This document shows, in pieces, positions 10,120 through 19,910 of a stretch of DNA of 64,000 nucleotides. Within the stretch, counting starts at the first letter, position 1, and the number at the start of each line of letters is the position of its first letter. The translations under genes were made by a program, and so were the position numbers. The notes beneath the pieces were generated by a model, which saw only the letters and a list, made by a program, of their open reading frames with translations, made no database searches and had not been told where the DNA came from. This DNA is from Bdellovibrio sp. (GTDB lineage Bacteria > Bdellovibrionota > Bdellovibrionia > Bdellovibrionales > Bdellovibrionaceae): the NCBI GenBank assembly GCA_036677065.1, contig JAKFBS010000003.1, positions 352,001 through 416,000 on the forward strand, given 5' to 3'.

Positions 10120-10988
10120 GTGCTGAAATTCTTTTGGGTTTAGTTCTAGCCAGCATTCGTATGTCGTTACCAATTTTATTTGCAGCCAGCGGTGGTTATT
10201 TCTCTGAAAAATCAGGCGTAGCCCAAATTGGTTTAGAGGCTTATTTATTAATCGGTGCATTCACTGCAGCAGCGGTAACTTTTCAAACAAACTCTTTAGT
10301 ATTGGGTTATGTGGCAGCCGCTTTAATTGCCGCAGCTTTTGCGCAAATTTTTAATATTTTAATTTTTAAATTTAAAGCCAACTCAATTGTTGTTGGAACC
10401 GGTATGAATTTATTAGCGATGGGGTTAATTCCAATCGTCAGTAAAACCTTATTTGAATCAACAGGTTCAACTCCTGCCATTGATACTTCTGAAGCAGCAC
10501 TTAACCAGTCATTAATCATGGTCAGTGTTGTCACCGTATCCATGCTGGCGATTTGTTACTGGATCGCCGAAAAATCTAGTTTTGGCTTACAAATTAAATT
10601 CGCCGGAGAAAAATCAGAAGCTTTAACCAGCGTAGGTATTTCGCCCATCAAACGCCGCTGGCAAGCAGTCACTTTAGGTGCGCTGATCACAGGTATCGGC
10701 GGCGCCATTTTATCAACATACTTAGCCTCAAGTTATTCACCATTAATGAGCGCAGGGCGCGGGTTTATCGCATTAGCTGCGGTGATCTTTGCCGGCTGGA
10801 ATTTACGTAAAGCGTGGATTGTGGTTTTATTTTTTGGTTTTGCAGAGGCAATTCAGATTCAATTACAGAATATGAATTTAAGTGTGAAAATTCCAAATGA
10901 ATTTATTCAGATGTTACCGTATTTGGCGACGTTAGTGGCGCTGCTGTTATTGAAAAATAAACAGCAGGCTCCTAAAGAGATTTCTTAG
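10116..10988 (+). CDS. Nucleoside ABC transporter permease
   Basis: SEKSGVAQIGLE, AGRGFIALAAVIF, MLPYLATL. Confidence 0.9.
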   Translation: MSAEILLGLVLASIRMSLPILFAASGGYFSEKSGVAQIGLEAYLLIGAFTAAAVTFQTNSLVLGYVAAALIAAAFAQIFNILIFKFKANSIVVGTGMNLLAMGLIPIVSKTLFESTGSTPAIDTSEAALNQSLIMVSVVTVSMLAICYWIAEKSSFGLQIKFAGEKSEALTSVGISPIKRRWQAVTLGALITGIGGAILSTYLASSYSPLMSAGRGFIALAAVIFAGWNLRKAWIVVLFFGFAEAIQIQLQNMNLSVKIPNEFIQMLPYLATLVALLLLKNKQQAPKEIS

Positions 10989-11386
10989 TTTTTCTTTTTA
11001 TTTAAATCACAAAGTAGGGCGGTGGCTTTGCTATCTTCTTCTACTAATGTAGCTTTGCGCGACATCATTGGATTTGTAGTTTGGTTAATACTAAAAGACA
11101 TCCCATCTTGGCCACGGTAAACCGTAGCGCCGCCAGCTAAGCCAGGGATTGGTTTGTCTTGTTTAACAATATAGGTTTCAACAGATTTCTTTTTTGAGAT
11201 TGTTTTAGAAACGCGAATTTGCGTAAGGCCGGCAAAGCCACCGGTCAGCATTTGCACTGTCATCACTACTTTTTTAGAAGCGACAGCTTGCTTACAGTTG
11301 TAACGAACCGTGATCATGTCAGCAGACTGCGCCATTACCGAAGATGCCGTTGCCGATACCAATAAAGCGATCATTAATTTTTTCAT
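10985..11386 (-). CDS. Secreted hypothetical protein
   Basis: Signal peptide MKKLMIALLVSATASSVMA; AAGGAAGG SD upstream. Confidence 0.75.
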   Translation of the reverse strand: MKKLMIALLVSATASSVMAQSADMITVRYNCKQAVASKKVVMTVQMLTGGFAGLTQIRVSKTISKKKSVETYIVKQDKPIPGLAGGATVYRGQDGMSFSINQTTNPMMSRKATLVEEDSKATALLCDLNKKKN

Positions 11387-11494
11387 AAAAGCCTTCCTTA
11401 TGTTATTTCAACGACTTAGTTTTAACAAAAGGGGATGGCAATTTCGCCTGTAATGATTTTATACAGTGGTTTTTACCTGTGTCAGGTCTATAAA

Positions 11495-12076
11495 CTAATA
11501 TACCAGCTGGGTAGTCGCTAACGGGCCCGTTACCGTAATAACCACAGGCTTGCCATCAGTTGCAGGCGTAGATACCGGAAACAGAACTGAATAAGGTGAT
11601 GACCAGCGATTGTGGTGTGGGTAAATCGATTCGATGTCTAGTTGTAGACCTTTGATTTTAGAGACTTTACCTTCGTAGCGTTGACCACCAACTTCAAGAT
11701 AAACTTTCCAAGTTGTTCTTTTAGTGTGTAGATCATCATGTTTACGCTCGGGAGTAAAAAAGCTCATAAATATTTCTGTGCTGTCAGAATGTTTGGCGAT
11801 GATCTTAGCTTTTTCTTCTTTGTATTTTTCTAAACTCCATTGGCCAAGCTTGGCCTGGTAAGCCACCAAATTTTCACTCATGTCAGCATCTAAGCGGGTA
11901 GTTTGTACCGTCAGTTTATTATAAAGGCCGTCGTACACTTCGGTTTTTTTAGTTTTAGCTTCGACCATATCTTCGTATTCCGAAGTTGAAATATCTTTAA
12001 TGCCTTCAGGAGTCGGTAGGCGGTGAATACAACTTAAAACAATAAAAGGTAAAATTAATAATAAAAAGTTTTTCAT
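11495..12076 (-). CDS. Putative lipoprotein
   Basis: Start reassigned to ATG 12076: MKNFLLLILPFIVLS-C lipobox. Confidence 0.75.
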   Translation of the reverse strand: MKNFLLLILPFIVLSCIHRLPTPEGIKDISTSEYEDMVEAKTKKTEVYDGLYNKLTVQTTRLDADMSENLVAYQAKLGQWSLEKYKEEKAKIIAKHSDSTEIFMSFFTPERKHDDLHTKRTTWKVYLEVGGQRYEGKVSKIKGLQLDIESIYPHHNRWSSPYSVLFPVSTPATDGKPVVITVTGPLATTQLVY

Positions 12077-12089
12077 AGCTGGAATTTTC

Positions 12090-12941
12090 CTATTTATGTT
12101 TGTTGATAAATTCAATAACTAGATTGTAAACATCATCGCGCACGATATCGTTATAAAGTTCGTGTCTGCCGCCGTCATAAATTTTTAAAACTTTATCTGT
12201 GGTAGCTAAATTTTCAAAAAATAGTTTGGCTTGTGCAGTTGAGACCACGGGGTCATTATCAGAAATATGCAGCAAGGTCGGTAATGTGATGCTGCCGGCA
12301 GTAGATGTGATTTTATCAAATTCGCGTTTAAATCCTAAAAATACTCCAGCCGAAATTTTATTATGACGGTAAGTATCTTGTTCGTACTCTTTAATGACAT
12401 CAGGATCACGAGTTAATTGTTCATTCGTGATTTCATTACCTAAAGTCACTTTGGGTAATAACGCATTTAAAATTTCAGAACCTGATTCTTTCCATGCGGG
12501 GATCGGCTGGCTAATGCCAAATAATGGTGAGCTTAACACTTGGGCTTTGAACTGATCATATTTTTTTTCACGAAGCGCACATGATTGAACTAAACCACCC
12601 ATTGAGTGAGCCAGCAACATAACAGGTAGGTTTTTTACTGAATCAATTTTTAAACATTCGTCTAAAAACAAATGATAATCTAAAACATATTCATCGAAAT
12701 CTTTGGCGTAACCGCGCATGCCTTCAGATTTTCCGTGGCCGCGCATATCCCAGCCGATGAAGCTCCAGTTTTTACCTTGTTCATTTTTTTGAAAGCCATC
12801 GATCAGGCGATTGTAACAATCAGAATGTTCAGCTTGGCCGTGGTTAAACAAAATCGTGCCGCATGAATTATCTGCATCCCATTTTTGTAAGTATAATTTG
12901 GTTTGGTCATAGCCGCGAAAAAATGATTCAGATCGTTTCAT
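12090..12941 (-). CDS. Alpha/beta hydrolase, lysophospholipase (PldB-like)
   Basis: HGQAEH, DMRGHGKS, nucleophile AHSMGG, D in NDPVV, H in RHELYND. Confidence 0.9.
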   Translation of the reverse strand: MKRSESFFRGYDQTKLYLQKWDADNSCGTILFNHGQAEHSDCYNRLIDGFQKNEQGKNWSFIGWDMRGHGKSEGMRGYAKDFDEYVLDYHLFLDECLKIDSVKNLPVMLLAHSMGGLVQSCALREKKYDQFKAQVLSSPLFGISQPIPAWKESGSEILNALLPKVTLGNEITNEQLTRDPDVIKEYEQDTYRHNKISAGVFLGFKREFDKITSTAGSITLPTLLHISDNDPVVSTAQAKLFFENLATTDKVLKIYDGGRHELYNDIVRDDVYNLVIEFINKHK

Positions 12942-12978
12942 ACCTCAAGTCTAACCGAGGCCAAAATGAAGTCAAAAA

Positions 12979-14637
12979 TTAATTCAAACCGCGCAGTAAA
13001 ACGGTGTCATTTCCTTTAGAGTAGGTCTGTAAATCTAAAGTGTCTGGACTTAAGGAAGGTGCGGGCGGCTTAGCCTGTTCGCTGGGTGGATAATCCAGCG
13101 AATAGTGAATGCCGATCGATTCTTTTCTTTGTAATGCACATTTCACCGTTAAATCTGCAACGATGGCAATATTGCGAAGTTCTAAAATATCACTGTGCAT
13201 TTTCATATTCGAGTAATATTCTTTTACTTCTTGCATGATATTATTTAAGCGGTGTTGTGCGCGCTCTAAACGTTTTGTTGAGCGCACGATGCCGACATAG
13301 TTCCACATCAAGCGGCGAATTTCTTCCCACATGTGATTGATCACAACCATTTCATCTTGGTTGGTTTCGTCCGGTTTAGTCCATGCTTTCGGTTCAGTTT
13401 TAGTTTTTGTGGCCTCAGACAGTTCATTCCAGTTTTGTGCAATTTCAACCGAAGCGTTATGCGACATCACTAAACATTCTAATAATGAATTTGAAGCTAG
13501 GCGATTGGCGCCATGTAAGCCGGTGCAGGCAATTTCACCAATAGCGTAAAGACCTACGATATCGGTTTTTCCTGATGTTGTAGTTTTCACGCCACCACAT
13601 AAATAGTGTGCTGCAGGAACAACGGGAATTGGTTTTTCAGTCATGTCGATGCCGTATTCTAAACAGCGCGCATGAATGGTCGGAAAATGTGATTTTACAA
13701 ATTCACCTTCGCGATGCGAGATATCTAAAAACACACACGGTTCGCCTGATTTTTTCATTTCGGCATCAATTCCGCGGGCGACAATGTCACGCGGAGCAAG
13801 AGAGCCCAGCGGATGAATTTTTCGCATAAAAGCTTCGCCTTTGGCGTTGATTAATTCTCCACCTTCACCACGAACCGCCTCGCTAATTAAGAAATTGCGC
13901 GAATCTTTGTGGTAAAGGCATGTCGGATGAAACTGCATAAATTCTAAATTCGCAACACGCGCACCAGCTCGGTAAGCCATGGCGATACCATCCCCGGTAG
14001 CGCCGCCCCAGTTCGAGGTATAAAGATAAACTTTTCCGGCTCCGCCGGTTGCAAGGATCGTGGTGCTGGCTGTGAATACTTCAACATCACCTGTAAGTTT
14101 GTTTAATACATAACTGCCAATCACTGCAGTTGGTGCAATTAGAGTGGGATCAACTTGTTTGTTGACGATCAGATCAATGGCGAAGTGATTTTCAAATATT
14201 TGAATGTTTGGGTGAGCAGTTACTTTGCTCCAAAGTTTACGATGAATTTCTGCACCGGTTTGGTCTTCGAAATGCAAAATACGACGTTCTGAGTGACCAC
14301 CTTCGCGTGTCAGTTCAGGGTCGAAGTCGACGCCCCAATTAACTAAATCTTTAATTCTTTCAGGAGCTTGCATAACGACGTCACGCACGGCGTTAAGATC
14401 GCAAAGACCAGCGCCAGCGATGACGGTGTCGCGAATATGGCTTTCAAAACTATCGGATTGATCGGTGACCGAAGCAATGCCCCCTTGGGCCATGGCTGAA
14501 TTACTATTAGGGCCTTTATCTTTGGTAACGATAAAAACAGACTTCGTATCAGCTACTTTTAAAGCCATGCTCAGAGCCGCAACTCCAGAGCCCACAATCA
14601 TAATTTCTGCATGGTGTTTCACTGTCAGTTTAGTCAT
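12979..14637 (-). CDS. nadB: L-aspartate oxidase
   Basis: GSGVAAL, NSAMAQGGIA, REGGHS, QFHPT, ISEAVRGEG, LAPRDIVAR, PAAHYLCGG, GLHGANRLASNSLLE. Start set to ATG 14637. Confidence 0.95.
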   Translation of the reverse strand: MTKLTVKHHAEIMIVGSGVAALSMALKVADTKSVFIVTKDKGPNSNSAMAQGGIASVTDQSDSFESHIRDTVIAGAGLCDLNAVRDVVMQAPERIKDLVNWGVDFDPELTREGGHSERRILHFEDQTGAEIHRKLWSKVTAHPNIQIFENHFAIDLIVNKQVDPTLIAPTAVIGSYVLNKLTGDVEVFTASTTILATGGAGKVYLYTSNWGGATGDGIAMAYRAGARVANLEFMQFHPTCLYHKDSRNFLISEAVRGEGGELINAKGEAFMRKIHPLGSLAPRDIVARGIDAEMKKSGEPCVFLDISHREGEFVKSHFPTIHARCLEYGIDMTEKPIPVVPAAHYLCGGVKTTTSGKTDIVGLYAIGEIACTGLHGANRLASNSLLECLVMSHNASVEIAQNWNELSEATKTKTEPKAWTKPDETNQDEMVVINHMWEEIRRLMWNYVGIVRSTKRLERAQHRLNNIMQEVKEYYSNMKMHSDILELRNIAIVADLTVKCALQRKESIGIHYSLDYPPSEQAKPPAPSLSPDTLDLQTYSKGNDTVLLRGLN

Positions 14638-14661
14638 GCAAGCTTTGTAATCTTGTAAACC

Positions 14662-14681
14662 CAAAATGTCATGACAATTTG
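14662..14681. promoter_or_regulatory. 20-bp near-perfect palindrome, candidate operator
   Basis: CAAAATGTCATGACAATTTG (one mismatched pair), located between divergent nadB and the 14772 operon. Confidence 0.45.
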
Positions 14682-14771
14682 TAAGGGGATTATTAGGGAA
14701 AGTGTTGCACAATCCAGCGAAACAAAACAGAATAGAAGTGATAGTCTTTTAGCAAGGATGCAAGAAGCAAA

Positions 14772-16502
14772 ATGAAGTTAAAAACCGTTTATTCCAGTAT
14801 TGCGTTAATTTTTCTTGTCGTAGGCATTGCACTATGGAAATTAAATGAAACTTATCGCGCTGAAAAAGTCTCAGCTAAACAAAACCAGTTACAAACTCAA
14901 TTAACAGCCTTGCGTTCATCATTAGTGAGCCAGATTTCACAATTGCGTAATACGTTAAGCACATACACCGTGCAGATTGATGAATCGAAAATTAATTGGG
15001 TCCAGCTTAAGCCCTTTTACGCCTTGGCTGTTGTGCAAGAAGACTCTGCAAACCGTCTTTCGGTGAATAAACTATTTTTACAATCCGGCTCTGTGGCTGA
15101 ACGTTGGGGTGCGACAACTTTACAGCAAAATTTAAATGCCAAGGTTTCTGGCAATCAATTATTGCGTGTGCAAACTTTTAAAGATGCCAGCGGCCTAGTG
15201 CATTTGGCGATGACTGTTTTTGATCGCGAAAAAAGAAACAATCAACCACGCAGCGGGGTCATGGTTGTTGGTGATATCAGTTATTTTCAAAGATTTTTTG
15301 ATTTACAGCGAACAAGCTCAATCACTCAAGTTTTATTAACAGCTGATAAAACCGTAGCTGCGCACACCGAATACGAATATGTCGGAAACCTTTCTGATGA
15401 AAATAAAGTTTCTGAAAAAAACTTTTTTGTCGACCGCCAAGAGTTGCGCGGTACAAATTTAAATTTATTAAGTTATACATCTAAAAAAGCGCAATCAAAT
15501 TTTGATATTCCCTTTTCAATGCTTGGAATTATCGTTGGTCTTGGATTTTTAATGTCGGGTATTTTGCTTTTTGTGGCCAAGCCCGAGAACGCACAAGTTG
15601 CATCCGCAGCCACGCCAGCGTCAGCTAAACCTGTCATGGAAACAGAATCCATAGGAATTGGGCTTGCCGCTGCTGCGCCAGTGCCTCAGCCGATGGCGCG
15701 GCACTCGAATTTAAAACCAACGGCGCCGCCACAAGTAAATATACCGCTTGAATTTGATGTGGATGCGCAAGTTGTTCCAATTCAAGTTCAGGCTTGTGTG
15801 CAGCAGGCGATTTTTAATTTAGACCGCCAGCTTAAATCATTAGGCGTTGTGATTAAAAAAGAATTCGTGTCTGGTGAAACAGTGCTTTTAGATTATCCAA
15901 AATTTATTAAAATCTTTGAAAATGTGTTATTGAATGTGGCTACAATTTTACCAAACGGTAAAAAACGCATTCAGCTTCGCTCGTACGATGTTGAGCGCGT
16001 AACTGTTTTAGAAATTCAAGCGCCGATTGAAAAACTTAATTTACATGAAGCCATTGTGCCTGTGCTTATGGAAGCTAATGCCGAGTTCTCGCAAGTGGCA
16101 TCAAGCGCTGGCGAGTCGATCTTTAGATTTAGCTTTACTCGCCCAGAAGTTACAGCCGAGCCGGTTGTAACTTTGGCAAACACGGCCCCTCCGGCCGAGA
16201 TGCGCTTTGAATTAAACGATGCTGATGATAGCGAATTTAAAATGTCAGAGCTTAAGCCCGTTAATCCTGTGCAAAACGATTTAGATATCGATGCTCTGTT
16301 GTCTTTAGATGATGAATCGGGAACGCCTCAGTCGCCAGCCAGTGAAACGAAAATTAACATCGAAAAAGAAATGCAACCGGCTAAATTTAAGTTAGATGAA
16401 AAGATGTCGATTGTTGAAGATCCTGTGATCGATATCGAAACCACTGAAAATAAAAAAGCCGATCAAACTAAAGTAAAAATCAGAAGGCCAGAAAAAGGAT
16501 GA
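14772..16502 (+). CDS. Membrane sensor-like protein with degenerate HATPase-like region (pseudo-histidine kinase)
   Basis: Two TM segments flank a periplasmic domain, followed by a Pro/Ala linker and a DYPKFIKIFENVLLN N-box-like segment. No H-box or G-boxes; acidic tail. Confidence 0.6.
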   Translation: MKLKTVYSSIALIFLVVGIALWKLNETYRAEKVSAKQNQLQTQLTALRSSLVSQISQLRNTLSTYTVQIDESKINWVQLKPFYALAVVQEDSANRLSVNKLFLQSGSVAERWGATTLQQNLNAKVSGNQLLRVQTFKDASGLVHLAMTVFDREKRNNQPRSGVMVVGDISYFQRFFDLQRTSSITQVLLTADKTVAAHTEYEYVGNLSDENKVSEKNFFVDRQELRGTNLNLLSYTSKKAQSNFDIPFSMLGIIVGLGFLMSGILLFVAKPENAQVASAATPASAKPVMETESIGIGLAAAAPVPQPMARHSNLKPTAPPQVNIPLEFDVDAQVVPIQVQACVQQAIFNLDRQLKSLGVVIKKEFVSGETVLLDYPKFIKIFENVLLNVATILPNGKKRIQLRSYDVERVTVLEIQAPIEKLNLHEAIVPVLMEANAEFSQVASSAGESIFRFSFTRPEVTAEPVVTLANTAPPAEMRFELNDADDSEFKMSELKPVNPVQNDLDIDALLSLDDESGTPQSPASETKINIEKEMQPAKFKLDEKMSIVEDPVIDIETTENKKADQTKVKIRRPEKG

Positions 16503-17956
16503 ATATCAGAGAATTTGCCTCGCAGTTTAGCGTTTCGATATTTACCCAAGATGTGAATTTAGGAACGCAGATCAAGCATGCACTAACTGCAGCAGAATAT
16601 GAAAATTATTATTTTGCTGACGTAGACGAACAATTGTTTCGCATCGAAGATAACCCGCCGCATGTGGTGATCTTTGATATTCGCGGTTCGTTACTTGCTC
16701 CACATGAATTTATTCAAAAATCGCTGCAGGCCTCTAAAGAAATTAAATTTATCTTTTTGGCACCTGCTGAGCAAATTGCTGCTTTTAAAAATTATAAAAA
16801 ATTTAATGTTTATAGTGTTTTTAATGCCGCTGAACCTGCGGTAGATCAGCAAGTTTTGCAATCGGTTGATAATATCTGTGAAATTATTTTTCGCACTTAT
16901 CAAAATGAACAGCTCGCTGAAGATTTACAAAAAGAAACTTCGGCTCGCGAAAAAGTGCAAAGCACTTTAACCAGCGAACGCCAGGCGCCTGAAGTGCGTC
17001 CGTACCAATTGCGTATTTCTGAATATAAATCAGCAACATCTAAAGAAGATTTACTAAATACATTTTACAGCCAAACACCAACCCAATCTTGGATCTATTT
17101 AAAATATGTTCCAAGTATTGAAACTTTCTTATGTGTATCGTTTGCTGGTGTACCTGAAGCATGGGTTGAAGGTTTGTCGTATAAAGTGAACAGCAAAGAC
17201 AGCGATTTTATGCCGCAATTGTTAACTGGAACGCTGCCGGCAGCCTTTGGCGCTTACCTAAAACGTAAATTTGATACCGACCGTGTTAAATTTTTACCGA
17301 TGATCATTCGCGATAAGATCGAAGGCATTTTAATTACGACTCAGGACATTTCTGCTGAAGTGGCCGAAGATTTTTCATTAATGAGCTTGGTATACACACT
17401 TTATGTTTACGAAGCAGAGCCAAAACAACTTGATATCGAAGATCATTTAACGGGTTTTTATAATCAGTTATTTTATTCACGCGTATTAGAGCGCGAAGTC
17501 GATCGCAGTAAACGTGGTTTTGTTCCATTATCATTAATTAAAGTATCTATTGATAAGTTTGCCGAACTTGAGGCAAGCCTTGGTCGCGCCGCCGCTGATC
17601 AGATCATCCTGGCTGTATCAGAAGTGATAAAGGCGACGTCTCGTTTAAATGATTATTTATGTCGAACAGGCGAAAATGAATTCACGATGATTTTAACAAA
17701 CTGTAACCGTAAAGGTGCAGCTTTAAGATCTGACCGTCTTCGTCAGGGTATGATCAAAGAAAATCTGGTACGTGCCGGAGTAAGCATCACAATTAGCCAA
17801 GGCATTAGTGAATACCCAACCTTAACCCGTAATGCATTTGATCTTGATGAAAGCGCTACGCGGGCTTTAAGTTTTATTTCTCAAAAAGGTGGTGATAAAA
17901 TTTGTTTTTATAAATCACCACCTGAACATAAGCCTGATTTCGTAGTGGAGCCCTAA
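16499..17956 (+). CDS. cdgA: Degenerate GGDEF (GENEF) c-di-GMP receptor with receiver-like N-terminus, CdgA-like
   Basis: DHLTGFYN, SLIKVSIDKF, I-site RLND five residues before GENEF, ITISQGISEY. B. bacteriovorus CdgA is a known degenerate GVNEF protein; orthology is inferred. Confidence 0.72.
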   Translation: MNIREFASQFSVSIFTQDVNLGTQIKHALTAAEYENYYFADVDEQLFRIEDNPPHVVIFDIRGSLLAPHEFIQKSLQASKEIKFIFLAPAEQIAAFKNYKKFNVYSVFNAAEPAVDQQVLQSVDNICEIIFRTYQNEQLAEDLQKETSAREKVQSTLTSERQAPEVRPYQLRISEYKSATSKEDLLNTFYSQTPTQSWIYLKYVPSIETFLCVSFAGVPEAWVEGLSYKVNSKDSDFMPQLLTGTLPAAFGAYLKRKFDTDRVKFLPMIIRDKIEGILITTQDISAEVAEDFSLMSLVYTLYVYEAEPKQLDIEDHLTGFYNQLFYSRVLEREVDRSKRGFVPLSLIKVSIDKFAELEASLGRAAADQIILAVSEVIKATSRLNDYLCRTGENEFTMILTNCNRKGAALRSDRLRQGMIKENLVRAGVSITISQGISEYPTLTRNAFDLDESATRALSFISQKGGDKICFYKSPPEHKPDFVVEP

Positions 17957-17961
17957 CTAAT

Positions 17962-19131
17962 ATGGAAATGTTCCGCCGCACGTTTGCTGAAATTAATTTA
18001 GATCACTTAAGTCATAACTTTTTTCAAATTAAAAAAGTAGCTGGCGAAGGGCGATTTGTCTGTCCGATGGTGAAAGCAAATGCTTATGGCCACGGTGATC
18101 TTGAAGTGGCAAAGCATTTAGAAAACCTAGGTACAAATCATTTAGGAGTTTGCCTGATTGAAGAAGGCTTGCTTTTAAGAAATTATGGCATCAAATCAAA
18201 AATTTTAGTCTTTCGCGGTTTTGATAAACAAGGAGCGCAGAAAATTTTTGATGCACAGATGACTCCGGTTGTAAGCACCTGGGAGCAAATCACAGCTTTA
18301 GAGAGTGTGGCTGATGAGGCGATTAAGGTTCATTTAAAGTTTAATACAGGAATGAACCGTTTAGGTTTTTCTCCGCTTGAGGCCGAAAAATTAAGAACTT
18401 ATTTTAAAAATTCAAAAAAACTAAAGCTGCGTGCAGTTTTAAGCCATTTTTACTGCGGTGAAGATGCTGTTTTAATTGATGGCCACTCGGCAGCACAGGC
18501 AAAACAGCTCTCTGAAATTCATTCTTATTTTAAGGATGAGGATGTCTGGGCGCATTTATTAAATTCAGGCGGCATTGCAAGCCTTGCAGAGCCTGCGGTG
18601 AAAAATAATCCAGAACATTTTTTAAATAAAACGAATTGGGGGTTTCGCCCCGGATTAATGTTATATGGTTATTCGCCGTCAGAAAATTTAAACAGTATGG
18701 ATTTAAAACCTGTGATGACCTTTAAATCGATGGTGAATAATATTCGTCAGTTAAATGCCGGCGAGTCTGTTTCTTACGGAGCTACTTGGAAAGCTGACAA
18801 GCTTTCAACGATTGCCGTTATTCCTGTAGGTTATGCCGATGGCGTACACCGGTTATTAAGTAATCGCGGTCGCGCTCTGTTTGCAGGCCAAGAAGTTCCA
18901 ATCGTAGGCCGTATTTGCATGGATTTTTTAATGTTAGATGTAACAGATGTTGTTAAAAATTCGAACACGCAGAAATTTGACGAAGAAGAAGTTATTTTAT
19001 TCGGTTATGATCCGGCCGGAAATTTTTTAAGCGCCGAAGTAACAGCGAAGGCTGCTGAAACCATCACTTGGGAAGTCTTAACGGCTGTCGGTGAACGAGT
19101 GCCTAGGCATTACAAAGGTGGGCAGTCGTGA
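17962..19131 (+). CDS. alr: Alanine racemase
   Basis: VKANAYGHG PLP-Lys motif, TGMNRLG, RPGLMLYG, VSYG, GYADG, GRICMD. Confidence 0.97.
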   Translation: MEMFRRTFAEINLDHLSHNFFQIKKVAGEGRFVCPMVKANAYGHGDLEVAKHLENLGTNHLGVCLIEEGLLLRNYGIKSKILVFRGFDKQGAQKIFDAQMTPVVSTWEQITALESVADEAIKVHLKFNTGMNRLGFSPLEAEKLRTYFKNSKKLKLRAVLSHFYCGEDAVLIDGHSAAQAKQLSEIHSYFKDEDVWAHLLNSGGIASLAEPAVKNNPEHFLNKTNWGFRPGLMLYGYSPSENLNSMDLKPVMTFKSMVNNIRQLNAGESVSYGATWKADKLSTIAVIPVGYADGVHRLLSNRGRALFAGQEVPIVGRICMDFLMLDVTDVVKNSNTQKFDEEEVILFGYDPAGNFLSAEVTAKAAETITWEVLTAVGERVPRHYKGGQS

Positions 19132-19910
19132 TTTTAGAAAAATTTAAAAAGAAAATTAATGATGTTGGTGAAGTTTCGTTATTTGCGATCACCAGCCTTA
19201 GATTACTGTTCACAAAGCCGTATCGTTACGGCGAAGTGATTAAGCACATGGAGTTTATCGGTAATCAATCGGTGGGAATCATTACTTTAACCAGTATATT
19301 CACCGGTCTTGCCTTGTCGTTTCAAATTTATTTAGGTTTTAAATTAGTGAATGCGGTAAATCTTGTAGGCCCAACCGTAGCCTTGGGGATTACGCGCGAA
19401 TTAGGCCCGGTGTTAACAGGCTTAATAGTTGCGGCCCGCGCTGGTGGAGCCATGGCTGCACGTTTGGGAACCATGCGTGTGAATGAACAAATGGATGCCC
19501 TTGATGTGATGGGTGTAAACACCAAGCAATATTTAATTGCTCCACGTATTATAGCTGCGTTTTTATGTATGCCGCTATTAACGGGGTTATTTGATTTTAT
19601 GGCGATGCTGGGCTCATGGTTTTTATGTACCAAAATCGTAGGTCTTGATAGCGCCATCTTTTTTGAAAAAATTCGTCAAACTGTTGATTTTCACCATATT
19701 AACGAAGGTCTTATAAAGTCAGCGATCTTTGGTTTATTGTTCGCCGTAATTTGTACTTATCAGGGTTTTAACACTAAAGGCGGCGCCAAGGGCGTCGGCG
19801 AAGCCACTAATAATGGTGTGGTGATGAGCATGGTCGGCATTATTATTATTGATTATTTCTTAATGAACATTATTCGCGTGGTTTATATTTTTATGGGAAT
19901 TCAAAAATGA
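19128..19910 (+). CDS. mlaE: MlaE lipid ABC permease
   Basis: RELGPVLTGL, LGTMRVNEQMDAL, GGAKGVGEAT. Confidence 0.93.
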   Translation: MILEKFKKKINDVGEVSLFAITSLRLLFTKPYRYGEVIKHMEFIGNQSVGIITLTSIFTGLALSFQIYLGFKLVNAVNLVGPTVALGITRELGPVLTGLIVAARAGGAMAARLGTMRVNEQMDALDVMGVNTKQYLIAPRIIAAFLCMPLLTGLFDFMAMLGSWFLCTKIVGLDSAIFFEKIRQTVDFHHINEGLIKSAIFGLLFAVICTYQGFNTKGGAKGVGEATNNGVVMSMVGIIIIDYFLMNIIRVVYIFMGIQK

